A DNA stretch of 39,035 bases from a virus. The notes under the pieces are model-generated. The model worked only from the letters and a program-made list of their open reading frames with translations, was not told the DNA's origin and made no database searches. This document shows, in pieces, positions 9,873-22,467 of the stretch. Each line of letters opens with the position of its first letter. Position 1 is the stretch's first letter. Made by a program: the position numbers and the translations under genes. Where the stretch lies: the UHGV virus genome UHGV-0212837; one strand, written 5' to 3'.

Positions 9873-10262
9873 ATGGCTAAGGCCAAATGGCACAAACTCC
9901 CGTCGTTCACCATTCCTCTGTTTCAAAGTGCACACGTCTACCTCGCAACAACCAGAGAACAGTTTCAGCACGCTGATAAATTCCTTGGCGGCAGCGGGGA
10001 TGAGAAGCCATTCAATCTTGGGCTTGCAAGCAACTATGAAAACACTGATACGGGTGAGCGATGCTATCTGATTGGAGTATTCGATCAGCAGATCGCTACG
10101 CTCGTTCATGAGTGCGCCCACGTCTGCTTTTACGTTTGCTCTGATGTCGGCGTGACGACAAGGCCTGAAGATGCCAACGAGACGTACTGTTACATGCTGG
10201 ACAGGATGGTTAATCACTTCCTGCCATTCATTCAGGAGAAACAAGATGTATCACTGGAATAA
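9873..10262 (+). CDS. HExxH-motif protein, putative small zincin-like metallopeptidase (129 aa)
   Basis: LVHECAHV motif; ATG with GGAG SD 6 nt upstream. Confidence 0.5.
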   Translation: MAKAKWHKLPSFTIPLFQSAHVYLATTREQFQHADKFLGGSGDEKPFNLGLASNYENTDTGERCYLIGVFDQQIATLVHECAHVCFYVCSDVGVTTRPEDANETYCYMLDRMVNHFLPFIQEKQDVSLE

Positions 10263-10440
10263 TCAATCCCCTTATTGCCAATGCCAACGCTGCCCGTGCT
10301 GCGGGAAGATTGTTAACCAATTTACTGGCAACAATTTCTTCAAGACTGGTTATGGATATGGTGTTGCGGGTAGCGTTAATTGCTCTGGGGCTGCTGCTGA
10401 AACGACATCAAACACAGGCAAGCAGGAAGGAGCTAAGTAA
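10246..10440 (+). CDS. Cys-rich small protein (64 aa; CQCQRCPCCGK then Gly-rich tail)
   Basis: Internal ATG 10246 with AGGAG SD; overlaps the HExxH gene end by 17 nt. Confidence 0.4.
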   Translation: MYHWNNQSPYCQCQRCPCCGKIVNQFTGNNFFKTGYGYGVAGSVNCSGAAAETTSNTGKQEGAK

Positions 10441-10534
10441 TGGTAATCAAAGTTTGTTCAGGCTCTCAGGGCTTCGACAACCCATCCAAATTCCGCGAAG
10501 AGTGGGATAAGCAAACAGAAGGGAAATAATCAAT

Positions 10535-11023
10535 ATGGCAGCACCAAAGGGCAACCGATTTTGGGAGGCCCGCAGTAGTCATGGGCGAAATCCTAAATTC
10601 GAATCGCCTGAGGCGCTGTGGGCTGCTTGTTGTGAATACTTCGAGTGGGCTGATGATAACCCACTATGGGAGGGTAAGGTATTTTCATATCAGGGAGAAA
10701 TAATTAAGGCTAATGTCCCTAAGATGCGAGCCATGACTATTTCAGGATTGTGTACCTTCCTTGATATCACCAGGCAAACATGGGGAACCTTCCGGTCAAT
10801 GGAAGGTTTTTCTGACGTCACATCACGAGCGGAAGACATCATCTACGACCAGAAATTCTCTGGCGCAGCCGCTGACCTTCTCAACGCTAACATCATCGCC
10901 CGTGATTTGGGCCTCAAAGAGCAGTCGCAAGTTGAAGACGTGACACCTGATAAGGGAGATCGCGATAAGCGGCGCTCTCGTATCAAGGAGCTATTCAACC
11001 GTGGAACTGGACGCGATTCTTGA
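10535..11023 (+). CDS. Terminase small subunit (P22 gp3-like)
   Basis: 162 aa, N-terminus [22 protein letters not shown] typical of P22-type small terminase; precedes large terminase. Confidence 0.8.
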   Translation: MAAPKGNRFWEARSSHGRNPKFESPEALWAACCEYFEWADDNPLWEGKVFSYQGEIIKANVPKMRAMTISGLCTFLDITRQTWGTFRSMEGFSDVTSRAEDIIYDQKFSGAAADLLNANIIARDLGLKEQSQVEDVTPDKGDRDKRRSRIKELFNRGTGRDS

Positions 11024-12500
11024 TAACCTGAGCGATGAAGAGCAAATCGAATTGCTCGAGCTACTCGAAGAAGAAGAGAACTACCGGAACACACACCTGC
11101 TATATGAATTTACGCCATATAGCAAACAGCGTGAGTTCATCGACGCCGGGCATGACTATCCAGAGCGCTGTTTTATGGCTGGTAACCAGCTTGGTAAGTC
11201 ATTTACTGGTGCTGCTGAAGTCGCGTTTCACCTTACCGGGCGTTATCCGGGCACAAAAGGCTATCCTGCTGATGGTAAATATGGCGGGGAGTGGAAAGGT
11301 AAGCGTTTCTATGAGCCTGTTGTCTTCTGGATTGGTGGCGAGACAAACGAGACTGTAACCAAAACGACTCAACGCATCCTGTGCGGTCGTATCGAAGAGA
11401 ATGATGAGCCTGGCTACGGTTCCATACCGAAAGAAGACATTATTAGCTGGAAGAAGTCTCCTTTCTTTCCGAACCTTGTTGATCATCTTCTGGTTAAGCA
11501 TCACACGGCTGATGGCGTTGAAGATGGCATTTCAATCTGCTACTTCAAACCATACTCGCAAGGCCGTGCTCGCTGGCAGGGTGACACAATCCACGGCGTG
11601 TGGTTTGACGAAGAACCACCATACAGCATTTATGGCGAAGGTCTTACCCGTACCAACAAATACGGGCAATTCTCAATTCTGACGTTTACCCCGCTGATGG
11701 GGATGTCTGACGTTGTTACCAAATTCCTGAAGAATCCAAGCAAGTCGCAGAAAGTGGTCAACATGACCATCTACGACGCTGAGCACTACACAGACGAACA
11801 GAAAGAGCAAATCATCGCATCTTATCCTGAGCATGAGAGAGAGGCGCGTTCTCGCGGTATTCCTACGATGGGTAGCGGTCGAATCTTCCAGATACCGGAA
11901 GAGACGATTAAGTGTCAGCCGTTCGAGTGTCCTGATCACTTCTACGTAATTGGCGGGATGGATTTTGGATGGGATCACCCTCAGGCGCAGGTTCAGCTTT
12001 GGTGGGATAAGGACGCAGACACAATCTACGTTTCACGCGTGTGGAAGGCGAAAGAAAAAACAGCCGTTCAGGCGTGGGGAGCCGTTAAATCATGGGCGCA
12101 TAAAGTGCCAACCGCATGGCCTCATGACGGAAACCAGCATGAGAAGGGCGGCGGTGAGCAGCTCAAAGGGCAGTATGCCGACGCTGGTTTTATGATGTTG
12201 CAGGAGCATGCGACATGGCCTGATGGCGGTAATGCTGTTGAGCCTGGAATCACTGAATTGCGCGACATGATGCTTGATGGTCGCTTCAAAGTATTCAACA
12301 CCTGTGAGCCATTCTTTGAGGAGTTCCGCCTCTATCACCGTGATGAAAACGGGAAGATCGTCAAGCTTAACGACGACGTGCTATCAGCCGTTCGCTATGC
12401 ATACATGATGCGCCGCTTCGCCAAAATGATGCGCGACATCAAAAAACCAAAAGAGAAAAAGATACCAGCCCCAATCAGGCCCATCGCACGGAGAAATTAA
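11001..12500 (+). CDS. Terminase large subunit (P22 gp2-like)
   Basis: 499 aa; Walker A-like GNQLGKS; GTG start at 11001 overlapping small terminase end (start uncertain). Confidence 0.9.
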   Translation: MELDAILDNLSDEEQIELLELLEEEENYRNTHLLYEFTPYSKQREFIDAGHDYPERCFMAGNQLGKSFTGAAEVAFHLTGRYPGTKGYPADGKYGGEWKGKRFYEPVVFWIGGETNETVTKTTQRILCGRIEENDEPGYGSIPKEDIISWKKSPFFPNLVDHLLVKHHTADGVEDGISICYFKPYSQGRARWQGDTIHGVWFDEEPPYSIYGEGLTRTNKYGQFSILTFTPLMGMSDVVTKFLKNPSKSQKVVNMTIYDAEHYTDEQKEQIIASYPEHEREARSRGIPTMGSGRIFQIPEETIKCQPFECPDHFYVIGGMDFGWDHPQAQVQLWWDKDADTIYVSRVWKAKEKTAVQAWGAVKSWAHKVPTAWPHDGNQHEKGGGEQLKGQYADAGFMMLQEHATWPDGGNAVEPGITELRDMMLDGRFKVFNTCEPFFEEFRLYHRDENGKIVKLNDDVLSAVRYAYMMRRFAKMMRDIKKPKEKKIPAPIRPIARRN

Positions 12501-14666
12501 ATGGCCGACGAAAACAGACTCAATTCCATTCTGTGTAAGTTTGACGCGGACTGGATGGCGAGCGATGAAGCCAGAACCGAGGCGACAAATGACCTGTATT
12601 TTAGCCGAGTGTCGCAATGGGATGACTGGCTATCAAACTACACGACCCTGCAATATCGCGGACAATTCGATGTTGTTCGCCCGGTGGTCAGGAAACTGGT
12701 CGCAGAGATGCGCCGGAACCCTATCGACGTTCTCTTCCGACCCAAAGACGGCGCTAATCCTGATGCAGCCGATGTGTTGATGGGAATGTATCGTACTGAT
12801 ATGCGCCATAATACGGCAAAAATTGCCGTTAACGTTGGCGTTCGTGAGCAGATAGAGTCCGGCGTTGGTGCATGGCGTCTGGTCACGCAGTACGAAGACA
12901 ACGATCCAACAAGCAACAATCAGGTAATTCGACGCCTGCCAATTCATGAAGCCTGCTCACACGTCATATGGGACGCCAACAGCAAGCAGATGGATAAGAG
13001 CGATGCTAAGCACTGCACGGTGATTAACGCCTTGTCGCGCAATGGCTGGAAAGAGTTTGCAGAGGATTACGGTATTGATCCTGACACCCTGCCATCTTTC
13101 CAGAATCCGAACGACACATGGCTGTTTCCGTGGGTATCGAATGATGTCGTCTACGTCGCTGAGTATTACGAGGTCGAAGAGAAGAAGGAGAAGGTCTTCA
13201 TCTACCGCGACCCGCTGACAGGTGATCCGGTCAGCTATTACCAGCAGGATATCAAAGACGTCATCGACGACCTGGCTAATCGTGGATTCATTAAGGTAGC
13301 AGAGCGCAAGGTGAAGCGTCGGCGTGTGTATAAGTCGATCATCACCTGCACGCAGATACTGAAAGACCGCGAGAAGATAGCCGGAGAGCATATTCCAATC
13401 GTTCCAGTGTATGGTGAATGGTCATTCGCTGGTGACAAGGAGTGCTACGAAGGAGTGGTAAGGCTGACGAAAGACGGTCAACGCCTTCGTAACATGATCA
13501 TGTCATTCAACGCCGATATTGTTGCTCGTTCACCGAAGAAGAAACCGACCTTCTTCCCTGAGCAAATCGAAGGCTACGAATACATGTACGGTGGAAATGA
13601 TGACTATCCGTACTATCTGCAGAACAGGACCGATGAAAACGGTAACGACCTGCCGATTGGTCCAATCTCCTACATGGAAAACCCTGAAGTGCCGCAAGCC
13701 AACGCTTATATGCTTGAGGCTGCCACCAACGCAGTGAAAGAGGTGGCTAGTCTTGGTGTGGATGCGCAGGCAGCAAACTCTCAGGTCGCTTTCGATACCG
13801 TCAATCAACTGAACATGCGGGCAGACCTTGAGACATACGTGTTTCAGGATAACCTGGCTACCGCAATGCGACGTGATGGCGAGATTTATGCCTCAATGGT
13901 CAACGATATTTATGACGTTCCTCGTCATGTAACGCTGACACTTGAAGATGGAAGCGAGAAAGACGTTCAACTCTATGCGCAAGTTGTCGATTACCAGTCC
14001 GGCAATGTGGTCACACTCAACGACATTCGTGGTCGCTATGAGTGCTATACAGACGTTGGACCATCCTTCCAGAGTATGAAGGAACAGAACCGCGCAGAGA
14101 TTCAGGAGTTACTCACCAAGGTTCCGCAAGGTACTCCAGAGTTCCAGATGCTGATGCTGCAATACTTCACGCTCCTTGACGGTAAAGGCGTCGAGATGAT
14201 GCGAGAGTACGCGAACAAGCAACTGGTGATGATGGGGCTGAAGAAACCAGAAACACCTGAAGAGATGGAGATGGTACAACAGGCACAACAACAGCCGCAG
14301 CAGCCATCAGCAGAGCAAATTCAGGCGCAGGGTATCCTTCTGCAAGGTCAGGCTGAATTGCTCAAGGCAGAGAACCAACAGGCACAGATTCAGGTTGAAG
14401 CCGCCAAGGTTGAAGCCCAAAACCAACTCAACGCCGCGAAGATTGCAGAAATCTTCAACAATATGGACCTCGACAAGCAGGCAGAACTGCGTGAGTACCT
14501 CAAGCTAGTAGGTCAATTCCAGCAACAGCGCAGCAAAGATGCTCGTGCTAACGCTGAGCTGCTTCTTAAAGATGCAGACCAGACTCATTCACAACGCATG
14601 GATTTCGCGAATCTTATGCGTCAAGTTCAAATCCCCTCCGGCGGAGTAGCCGAGACACCTCAATAA
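12501..14666 (+). CDS. Portal protein (P22 gp1-like)
   Basis: 721 aa, strongly similar to recalled P22 portal including C-terminal Q-rich barrel. Confidence 0.95.
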   Translation: MADENRLNSILCKFDADWMASDEARTEATNDLYFSRVSQWDDWLSNYTTLQYRGQFDVVRPVVRKLVAEMRRNPIDVLFRPKDGANPDAADVLMGMYRTDMRHNTAKIAVNVGVREQIESGVGAWRLVTQYEDNDPTSNNQVIRRLPIHEACSHVIWDANSKQMDKSDAKHCTVINALSRNGWKEFAEDYGIDPDTLPSFQNPNDTWLFPWVSNDVVYVAEYYEVEEKKEKVFIYRDPLTGDPVSYYQQDIKDVIDDLANRGFIKVAERKVKRRRVYKSIITCTQILKDREKIAGEHIPIVPVYGEWSFAGDKECYEGVVRLTKDGQRLRNMIMSFNADIVARSPKKKPTFFPEQIEGYEYMYGGNDDYPYYLQNRTDENGNDLPIGPISYMENPEVPQANAYMLEAATNAVKEVASLGVDAQAANSQVAFDTVNQLNMRADLETYVFQDNLATAMRRDGEIYASMVNDIYDVPRHVTLTLEDGSEKDVQLYAQVVDYQSGNVVTLNDIRGRYECYTDVGPSFQSMKEQNRAEIQELLTKVPQGTPEFQMLMLQYFTLLDGKGVEMMREYANKQLVMMGLKKPETPEEMEMVQQAQQQPQQPSAEQIQAQGILLQGQAELLKAENQQAQIQVEAAKVEAQNQLNAAKIAEIFNNMDLDKQAELREYLKLVGQFQQQRSKDARANAELLLKDADQTHSQRMDFANLMRQVQIPSGGVAETPQ

Positions 14667-14679
14667 GAGAGAGTTAATC

Positions 14680-15591
14680 ATGGACCAAACCACCGACATT
14701 CAGGCTTCTGAAGAATTAACCCTGCCCGGCAATCATGCAGCGGCATCTGCTGATGGCTTAGTTGTCGATAATGCCAACGACAACGCAGGTCAGGAAGAAG
14801 GCTTCGAGATTGTCCTGAAAGACGATGAGAAACCAAAACAAGACCCGGCAACTAATGCTGAATTTGCCCGTCGCCGCATCGAACGCAAACGCCAGCGTGA
14901 GCTTGAGCAGCAGATGGAAGCGGTTAAGCGTGGAGAGTTGCCGGAGCACCTGCGGGTGAACCCTGAGTTACCAAAACAACCAGACCCTAACGATTATCTT
15001 TCCGAAGATGCACTGGCTAAGTACGACTATGACCAGAGCCGCGCACTGGCTGCCTTCCAGCAGGCAAACAGTGAATGGCAGATCAAGGCTATGGACGCAC
15101 GAAGCCAGGCTGTCGCCGAGCAGGGTCGCAAAACTCAGGAGTTCACCCAGCAATCAGCGCAATACGTCGAGGCAGCCCGTAAGCACTACGACGCAGCGGA
15201 AAAGCTCAATATCCCTGACTATCAGGAGAAAGAGGATGCATTCATGCAACTGGTGCCGCCAGCAGTCGGTGCCGACATCATGCGCCTCTTCCCGGAGAAA
15301 TCCGCTGCTCTCATGTATCACCTTGGTGCTAATCCTGAGAAAACACGCCAGTTGCTGGCGATGGACGGGCAATCCGCGCTGATTGAACTCACTCGACTGT
15401 CAGAACGTTTAACTCTCAAGCCTCGAGCCAAGCCTGTTTCAGAAGCCCCGTTACCTGATGAACCCATTCAGGGACATGCTGTTGCTGCAAATATCTCTGC
15501 GATTGAAAAGCAGATGGAGGCGGCAGCAAACAAAGGGGATGTAGAGACGTACCGCAAGCTCAAGGCGCAACTGAATAAAGGAATTCGATAA
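14680..15591 (+). CDS. Scaffolding protein (P22 gp8-like)
   Basis: 303 aa, matches recalled P22 gp8. Confidence 0.9.
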   Translation: MDQTTDIQASEELTLPGNHAAASADGLVVDNANDNAGQEEGFEIVLKDDEKPKQDPATNAEFARRRIERKRQRELEQQMEAVKRGELPEHLRVNPELPKQPDPNDYLSEDALAKYDYDQSRALAAFQQANSEWQIKAMDARSQAVAEQGRKTQEFTQQSAQYVEAARKHYDAAEKLNIPDYQEKEDAFMQLVPPAVGADIMRLFPEKSAALMYHLGANPEKTRQLLAMDGQSALIELTRLSERLTLKPRAKPVSEAPLPDEPIQGHAVAANISAIEKQMEAAANKGDVETYRKLKAQLNKGIR

Positions 15592-16886
15592 TGGCATTAA
15601 ATGAAGGTCAACTGGTCACGTATGCTCTGGATGAAATCATCGAAACCGTCCAGAACCTGACGCCAATGGCGTCCAAAGTGACAAAATACACCCCTCCGGC
15701 AGAATCCATGCAGCGTTCAAGCAACACCGTATGGATGCCTGTTGAGCAGGAAGCGCCAACCCAGACTGGCTGGGATTTAACTGGCAACGCAACCGGGATT
15801 CTGGAACTCTCCGTAAAATGCAACATGGGCGATCCGGATAACGATTTCTTCGAGCTTCGTGCAGATGACCTGCGTGATGAGCGTTCTTACCGTCGCCGCA
15901 TCCAGGCATCCGCCAAAAAACTGGCGAATAACATTGAGTCAGCAATTGCCAAACAGGCAACCGAAATGGGCTCACTTGTTGTTCACGATACCCGCGCAAT
16001 TGGTCCATCTACTGGCCTGTCTGGCTGGGATTTTGTGTCTGATGCAGAGCGCCTGATGTTCTCCCGTGAGCTAAACCGCGATATGGGCATCAGTTACTTC
16101 CTGAACCCTGACGATTACCGCAAAGCAGGCCGCAACCTGGTAGATGGTGACATCTTTGGGCGCGTTACTGAAGACGCGTATCGCAACGGTACTATTCAGC
16201 GTCAGATTGCTGGCTTTGATGAAATTCTTCGCTCACCGAAACTTCCGGCAGTTACCAAGTCAACCGCTACTGGTGTAACTGTTTCTGGTGCGCAGAAGTT
16301 TAAGCCGCAGGCATACACCCTTGATACCGATGGTAACAAAGAGAACGTCGACAACCGTGTTGCAACGGTGACCGTATCCTCCACCACCGGATTTAAGCGC
16401 GGCGACAAAATCAGTTTCACTGGTGTGAAATTCCTGTCTCAGATGGCGAAGAACGTGCTGACTGATGATGCTACTTTCTCAATCACCCGAGTGATCGATA
16501 GTACTCACATCGAAATCACGCCGAAGCCGATTGCGCTGGATGACGCGTCACTGACAAAAGAAGAGAAGGCTTACGCTAACGTAAACACCTCTCTTGCTGA
16601 TACCACTCCGGTAAACGTTCTGAACGTGGCAACAACCACCGCTAACGTGTTCTGGGCTGATGACTCAATCCGACTGCTGTCTCAGCCTATCCCGGTAACC
16701 CATGAACTGTTTGCTGGCATGAAAACGTCTTCCTTCAGCATTCCTGGCATTGGTGTTAACGGCATCTTCGCAACGCAGGGTGATATCAACACTCTGTCTG
16801 GTAAGTGCCGTATTGCTGTGTGGTATTCAGCATGTGCTGTACGACCAGAGGCAATTGGTGTTGGTCTGCCTAACCAGACTGCGTGA
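15591..16886 (+). CDS. Major coat protein (P22 gp5-like)
   Basis: 430 aa class, strong similarity to recalled P22 coat. Confidence 0.95.
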   Translation: MALNEGQLVTYALDEIIETVQNLTPMASKVTKYTPPAESMQRSSNTVWMPVEQEAPTQTGWDLTGNATGILELSVKCNMGDPDNDFFELRADDLRDERSYRRRIQASAKKLANNIESAIAKQATEMGSLVVHDTRAIGPSTGLSGWDFVSDAERLMFSRELNRDMGISYFLNPDDYRKAGRNLVDGDIFGRVTEDAYRNGTIQRQIAGFDEILRSPKLPAVTKSTATGVTVSGAQKFKPQAYTLDTDGNKENVDNRVATVTVSSTTGFKRGDKISFTGVKFLSQMAKNVLTDDATFSITRVIDSTHIEITPKPIALDDASLTKEEKAYANVNTSLADTTPVNVLNVATTTANVFWADDSIRLLSQPIPVTHELFAGMKTSSFSIPGIGVNGIFATQGDINTLSGKCRIAVWYSACAVRPEAIGVGLPNQTA

Positions 16887-16893
16887 TAACCAG

Positions 16894-16917
16894 AGGGAGC
16901 TTCGGCTCCCTTTTTTT
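16894..16917 (+). terminator. Strong rho-independent terminator after the coat gene
   Basis: AGGGAGC-TTCG-GCTCCCT followed by TTTTTTT. Confidence 0.7.
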
Positions 16918-16931
16918 ATCTGGAGACAAGC

Positions 16932-17162
16932 ATGACACACATGATCTTTCGTCATGGCGACATGAAGAAGTGGAAAGGCGTTGGCTACGACTTTGAAATC
17001 GTGAAAGCCGAAGAGCTTCAGGAATATCTGGATGCTGGTTGGTTTTCACATCCTGATGACCTTTTGAAGGATGTTGCAGAGCCAGAGCCAGAAGAAAAAC
17101 AGCGTAAAAAGCCTGGTCGAAAACCTAAGGCGGCAGCAGATGAACCTGACAACGAAGGGTGA
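16932..17162 (+). CDS. Hypothetical protein (76 aa, acidic with basic C-terminal tail)
   Basis: ATG with GGAG SD 6 nt upstream; between coat terminator and gp4. Confidence 0.45.
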   Translation: MTHMIFRHGDMKKWKGVGYDFEIVKAEELQEYLDAGWFSHPDDLLKDVAEPEPEEKQRKKPGRKPKAAADEPDNEG

Positions 17163-17640
17163 TTTAGTCCTTGCAGCATTACGTAAGCTCGGTGTTGCAT
17201 CAAATGCCACGTTAACCGATGTCGAACCGCAGTCTATGGAAGACGGGGTCAACGACCTTGAAATGATGATGGCTGAATGGCTTGGCGGTGATGCGTCACC
17301 TGGGATCAACGTTGGCTACATTTTCGCTGATGCAGATGTCGCTCCAGATCCGGGTGATGAGCACGGTTTATCAAATAACGCTATCAATGCCGTCATTTTC
17401 AACCTTGCCTGCCGCATTGCTCCAGATTATGCGCTGGAAGCCTCTACAAAACTTATAACCACTGCCAGATACGGGAAAGAGCGACTCGTCAAACTGTCTG
17501 CAATGGACAGAGCAAAAGCCGCTAAATGTAAGTCCGGTTATCCAAACCGTATGCCTGTTGGTAGCGGTAATCAGTTGGCGAAGTGGAACGGTTGGAATTA
17601 CTTCCAGCGAAAGGAACCTTGCGATAACGGGAGCGAATAA
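17140..17640 (+). CDS. Head-tail adaptor / portal completion protein (P22 gp4-like)
   Basis: Internal ATG 17140; 166 aa similar to recalled P22 gp4. Confidence 0.85.
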   Translation: MNLTTKGDLVLAALRKLGVASNATLTDVEPQSMEDGVNDLEMMMAEWLGGDASPGINVGYIFADADVAPDPGDEHGLSNNAINAVIFNLACRIAPDYALEASTKLITTARYGKERLVKLSAMDRAKAAKCKSGYPNRMPVGSGNQLAKWNGWNYFQRKEPCDNGSE

Positions 17641-19058
17641 TGCCGATTCAGCAACTTCCGCTCATGAAAGGTGTCGGCAAAGACTTCCGAAATGCCGACT
17701 ATATCGACTATCTGCCAGTGAATATGCTGGCTACACCCAAAGAAATCCTCAACAGCAGCGGATATCTTCGCTCATTCCCGGGCATTGCCAAACGTTCTGA
17801 TGTGAACGGTGTATCTCGAGGCGTCGAGTACAACATGGCGCAGAATGCTGTCTATCGTGTGTGTGGCGGCAAGCTCTACAAAGGCGAAAGCGAAGTCGGT
17901 GATGTTGCCGGAAGTGGTCGCGTATCAATGGCGCATGGTCGGACATCACAGGCGGTAGGCGTTAATGGTCAACTGGTCGAATACCGCTATGATGGCACGG
18001 TTAAAACCGTCTCAAACTGGCCTACAGATAGCGGATTCACTCAGTATGAGTTAGGTTCGGTTCGCGACATTACGCGTTTACGTGGGCGTTATGCGTGGTC
18101 AAAAGACGGCACTGATTCATGGTTTATCACTGACCTTGAAGACGAATCTCATCCTGACCGTTACAGCGCACAATATCGTGCCGAGTCTCAGCCTGACGGA
18201 ATCATCGGCATCGGAACATGGCGAGACTTCATCGTCTGCTTTGGTTCATCGACGATTGAATATTTTTCCCTGACAGGTGCAACCACTGTTGGTGCCGCTT
18301 TGTATGTCGCACAGCCATCGCTGATGGTGCAAAAAGGAATCGCCGGAACCTACTGCAAAACGCCGTTTGCTGATTCGTATGCGTTCATCAGCAATCCGGC
18401 AACAGGTGCGCCGTCTGTGTATATCATCGGCTCCGGTCAGGTATCACCAATCGCCAGCGCGAGCATTGAGAAAATCCTTCGTTCCTACACTGCTGATGAA
18501 CTGGCTGATGGCGTGATGGAATCGCTGCGATTTGATGCGCATGAGTTGCTGATTATCCACCTTCCGCGCCATGTTCTGGTGTACGACGCATCTTCAAGTG
18601 CCAATGGTCCGCAATGGTGTGTGCTGAAAACAGGCCTGTATGACGATGTGTACCGCGCTATCGACTTCATTTACGAAGGCAATCAGATAACGTGCGGCGA
18701 TAAGCTGGAATCGGTGACCGGGAAATTGCAGTTCGATATCAGCAGTCAGTATGGGCTTCAACAGGAACACCTGTTGTTTACTCCACTGTTCAAAGCGGAT
18801 AACGCCAGATGCTTCGATCTGGAGGTGGAATCATCCACTGGCGTAGCTCAGTACGCCGACCGCCTGTTCCTCTCTGCAACCACTGACGGCATCAATTACG
18901 GGCGTGAGCAGATGATTGAGCAGAATGAACCGTTCGTTTACGACAAACGCGTTTTGTGGAAGCGTGTCGGGCGAATAAGGAAAAATGTCGGCTTCAAATT
19001 GCGTGTTATCACTAAGTCACCTGTCACTCTGTCTGGCTGCCAGATAAGGATTGAGTAA
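17640..19058 (+). CDS. Tail hub protein (P22 gp10-like)
   Basis: 472 aa; position and similarity to P22 gp10. Confidence 0.9.
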   Translation: MPIQQLPLMKGVGKDFRNADYIDYLPVNMLATPKEILNSSGYLRSFPGIAKRSDVNGVSRGVEYNMAQNAVYRVCGGKLYKGESEVGDVAGSGRVSMAHGRTSQAVGVNGQLVEYRYDGTVKTVSNWPTDSGFTQYELGSVRDITRLRGRYAWSKDGTDSWFITDLEDESHPDRYSAQYRAESQPDGIIGIGTWRDFIVCFGSSTIEYFSLTGATTVGAALYVAQPSLMVQKGIAGTYCKTPFADSYAFISNPATGAPSVYIIGSGQVSPIASASIEKILRSYTADELADGVMESLRFDAHELLIIHLPRHVLVYDASSSANGPQWCVLKTGLYDDVYRAIDFIYEGNQITCGDKLESVTGKLQFDISSQYGLQQEHLLFTPLFKADNARCFDLEVESSTGVAQYADRLFLSATTDGINYGREQMIEQNEPFVYDKRVLWKRVGRIRKNVGFKLRVITKSPVTLSGCQIRIE

Positions 19059-19906
19059 TGGCTGATTCGAATCTCAATGAGCCGGTAATCATTCAAGCTA
19101 CACGACTCGACACATCAGTCCTTCCGCGTGATATCTTTTCGCAGTCATATCTGCTGTACGTTATTGCACAGGGTACTGATGTTGGTAATGTGGCTAACAA
19201 GGCCAACGAGGCCGGACAGGGAGCTTATGACGCACAAGTCAGGAACGATGAGCAGGATGTGATTCTTGTCGATCACGAAATTCGACTGGCATCAGCTGAA
19301 GCGAAGATTCAGGACCACGAAACAAGGATCACTAACGCAGAAGCGGCGATAGTCGGCCTTGATTCACGATTAACGACAGCAGAAAACGATATTGATTACC
19401 TGACGGATGAAGTTTCCGCCATTCAAAGCACGCTTTCAGACCATGAAGCGCGCATCGATGCTCTTGAGTATGCCACTACGCGCAAGAAGTCAGAGGTTGT
19501 TTACTCTGGCGTATCTGTAACCATCCCAACAGCGCCGACCAACCTTGTTAGCCTGCTGAAAACGCTCACGCCGTCATCCGGGACGTTGGCACCATTCTTC
19601 GACACTGTTAACAACAAGATGGTTGTGTTCAACGAGAACAAAACCTTGTTCTTCAAGCTGTCGATCGTCGGGACGTGGCCCAGCGGAACCGCCAACAGGT
19701 CAATGCAGCTAACCTTTTCCGGCTCTGTTCCTGACACGTTGGTCAGCAGTCGTAATGCGGCGACAACAACCGACAACATCCTGTTAGCTACGTTCTTCAG
19801 CGTGGATAAAGACGGCTTTCTTGCCACAAATGGCAGTACGTTAACCATTCAGTCGAATGGTGCAACGTTTACTGCCACAACCATCAAGATAATCGCGGAG
19901 CAGTAA
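19058..19906 (+). CDS. Tail needle protein (P22 gp26-like N-terminus with extended C-terminal domain)
   Basis: N-terminal ~60 aa match gp26; coiled-coil heptads; 282 aa versus recalled 233 aa for P22. Confidence 0.8.
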   Translation: MADSNLNEPVIIQATRLDTSVLPRDIFSQSYLLYVIAQGTDVGNVANKANEAGQGAYDAQVRNDEQDVILVDHEIRLASAEAKIQDHETRITNAEAAIVGLDSRLTTAENDIDYLTDEVSAIQSTLSDHEARIDALEYATTRKKSEVVYSGVSVTIPTAPTNLVSLLKTLTPSSGTLAPFFDTVNNKMVVFNENKTLFFKLSIVGTWPSGTANRSMQLTFSGSVPDTLVSSRNAATTTDNILLATFFSVDKDGFLATNGSTLTIQSNGATFTATTIKIIAEQ

Positions 19907-20361
19907 TGATTCAGTTCAAACCAACGCGAAACATCGACCTGATCGAAGCAGTCGGAAATCACCCTGACATTATTGCCGGGAGCAACAACGGCGATGGATA
20001 CGACTACAAGCCTGAATGCCATTACTTTGAGGTTAACGTGCACGGGCAGTTCGGCGGCATTGTTTACTATCAGGAGATTCAGCCGCTGACATTCGATTGC
20101 CACGCCATGTACCTGCCAGAGATTCGCGGCTTCAGCAAGGAAATCGGGCTGGCGTTCTGGCGATACATTCTAACTAACACCACCGTTCAGTGCGTCACAT
20201 CGTTCGCTGCACGCAAATTCCGCCACGGTCAGATGTACTGCGCAATGATTGGCCTTAAGCGTGTAGGAACCATCAAGAAATACTTCAAAGGCGTGGATGA
20301 CGTGACTTTTTACAGCGCCACACGCGAAGAACTAATCGACTTCCTGAATCACGGGAGATAG
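19906..20361 (+). CDS. Head assembly protein (P22 gp14 position)
   Basis: Synteny between needle and ejection genes. Confidence 0.55.
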   Translation: MIQFKPTRNIDLIEAVGNHPDIIAGSNNGDGYDYKPECHYFEVNVHGQFGGIVYYQEIQPLTFDCHAMYLPEIRGFSKEIGLAFWRYILTNTTVQCVTSFAARKFRHGQMYCAMIGLKRVGTIKKYFKGVDDVTFYSATREELIDFLNHGR

Positions 20362-20363
20362 CC

Positions 20364-21059
20364 ATGTTATATGCATTTAAGCTGGGCAGAAAACTGCGCG
20401 GCGAGGAACCTTATTGCCCTGAAAAGGGTGGGAAAGGTGGCAGTTCTGATAAAAGCGCAAAGTATGCCGCAGAAGCTCAGAAGTATGCAGCAGACCTGCA
20501 AAATCAGCAGTTCAACACCATCATGAACAACCTGAAGCCGTTTACTCCTCTGGCTGATAAGTATGTCGGTAGCCTCGAGAACTTATCGTCTCTGGAAGGG
20601 CAAGGTCAGGCACTTAACCAGTATTACAACTCTCAGCAGTACAAAGATCTTGCTGGTCAGGCTCGCTATCAGAGTCTGGCGGCAGCGGAAGCAACGGGTG
20701 GATTAGGTTCCACAGCAACCAGTAATCAGTTAGCAACAATCGCACCAACGCTTGGTCAGCAATGGCTATCTGGTCAGATGAACAACTACCAGAATCTGGC
20801 AAACGTTGGGCTTGGTGCTCTGCAAGGTCAGGCAAACGCCGGGCAAACATATGCCAACAACATGAGTCAGATTTCACAGCAAAGCGCGGCGCTGGCTGCG
20901 GCAAACGCCAACCGACCGTCAGCAATGCAATCTGCTATTGGCGGAGGTGCGTCTGGTGCTATTGCTGGGGCTGGACTTGCGAAATTAATTGGTTCATCAA
21001 CTCCGTGGGGTGCTGGTATCGGTGCTGGTATCGGCCTGCTTGGTTCACTGCTTTATTAA
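20364..21059 (+). CDS. Ejection protein (P22 gp7-like)
   Basis: 231 aa, Gly/Ala-rich C-terminus, similarity to gp7. Confidence 0.8.
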   Translation: MLYAFKLGRKLRGEEPYCPEKGGKGGSSDKSAKYAAEAQKYAADLQNQQFNTIMNNLKPFTPLADKYVGSLENLSSLEGQGQALNQYYNSQQYKDLAGQARYQSLAAAEATGGLGSTATSNQLATIAPTLGQQWLSGQMNNYQNLANVGLGALQGQANAGQTYANNMSQISQQSAALAAANANRPSAMQSAIGGGASGAIAGAGLAKLIGSSTPWGAGIGAGIGLLGSLLY

Positions 21060-21069
21060 GGGGTAATCA

Positions 21070-22467
21070 ATGGCTACGTGGCAACAGGGTATTAATTCTG
21101 GTGGTTTTCTGGCTGGCATCGGTACGCAAAATGAGAATGCGCCAAAGGCAAGCGACATCAACGCAACGCTTGGTCTGATCCGCGAAAACAATGAACTGGC
21201 TCGCTCAGGTGTAAATAACATTGGTCTGACCGCGTTACGTGGTCTGGCTGGAGTTGCTGATATTTACAATCAGGAACAGCAACAGAAAGCGATTAGTGCG
21301 TTCAATAAGGTTCACGCTGATGCATGGGCTTCTGGTGATCCATCTGGACTATTTAAGTTTGCCCAGGAAAATCCAGCGTTTGTTGCACAGGCACAACAGG
21401 CGTTTTCCGGTCTTAATGAGCAGCAACGCAACGATATGGGCGATTTAGCCATGAGGGCTAACGTCGCTCTTTCTCAGGGACCGGAAGCCTACAGTAAATT
21501 CATTACTGACAACAAGGACAGGTTAAATCGCGTGGGTGCGAATGCTGACTGGATGATTCAGACAGGTATCCAGAATCCAGAGCAGTTATCACACATGCTG
21601 ACTACTATGTCTCTCGGTGCGCTTGGACCAGAAAAGGCGTTTGCTGTTCAGGACAAGATGGCTGGTCGTGAAATTGACCGAGGCAGGCTGGCAGAGACAA
21701 TCCGCAGCAATCAGGCTGGCGAGGCGCTAACAGCACGAGGCCAGAACATCACGATGCGCGGTCAGGACTTATCTGCTTCTACTGCGCGACGCGGGCAGGA
21801 TTTGGCAATGCAGCGAGCGTCAACAAGAGGAACCGCTGGGAATGATGAGCGTACAGTTCAGTTATCAGATGGCAGAACTGTAACGGTAGGCGGGAAACTT
21901 CACGGCGCTGGGGCTAATGCGTTCTACGAAGGCATCGACAACGAGGGGAATATGGTTCGCGTTCCTGCCAGTTCAATCGCAGCTCCTGCAACATCGTCTG
22001 CATCAGCACAAAACTATGCGATGAAGAAGGATATCGACGCGATCGCAAATGCAGACGCTTCTGCTCTCGATTTCATGACAGGAATGACAGGTGGTGCAGG
22101 TAATCCAGCAATTGGTGCTGATGTTCGCAGCCGATTAACAGGAAAAGAGCAGCGCCAGTTATATAACTCAGCACAACGTATTCAGGGCAGAATGCAGAAT
22201 CAGGGTGTGGCGGCAGCAAGGGACATGGGTGCCAGTGGTATTAACACCGTTGCAGAAGCGAAGATGTATTTTCAGGGGATGCCGCAGGTTGACTATTCGA
22301 GCCCGGAGGCTATGCAGCAGTCGATTCGTGAGATTCAGGAATACACCAACAATTACAACCAACAATATAACGTTAATGTTGGTAAATCTCAGCGGAAGCA
22401 ATCTCAACCTGCACAGGTATCACAGCCAGCAGCCAGCAGTAACTTTTCTTCACTATGGGGTGATTAA
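21070..22467 (+). CDS. Ejection protein (P22 gp20-like)
   Basis: 465 aa; synteny and composition. Confidence 0.8.
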   Translation: MATWQQGINSGGFLAGIGTQNENAPKASDINATLGLIRENNELARSGVNNIGLTALRGLAGVADIYNQEQQQKAISAFNKVHADAWASGDPSGLFKFAQENPAFVAQAQQAFSGLNEQQRNDMGDLAMRANVALSQGPEAYSKFITDNKDRLNRVGANADWMIQTGIQNPEQLSHMLTTMSLGALGPEKAFAVQDKMAGREIDRGRLAETIRSNQAGEALTARGQNITMRGQDLSASTARRGQDLAMQRASTRGTAGNDERTVQLSDGRTVTVGGKLHGAGANAFYEGIDNEGNMVRVPASSIAAPATSSASAQNYAMKKDIDAIANADASALDFMTGMTGGAGNPAIGADVRSRLTGKEQRQLYNSAQRIQGRMQNQGVAAARDMGASGINTVAEAKMYFQGMPQVDYSSPEAMQQSIREIQEYTNNYNQQYNVNVGKSQRKQSQPAQVSQPAASSNFSSLWGD

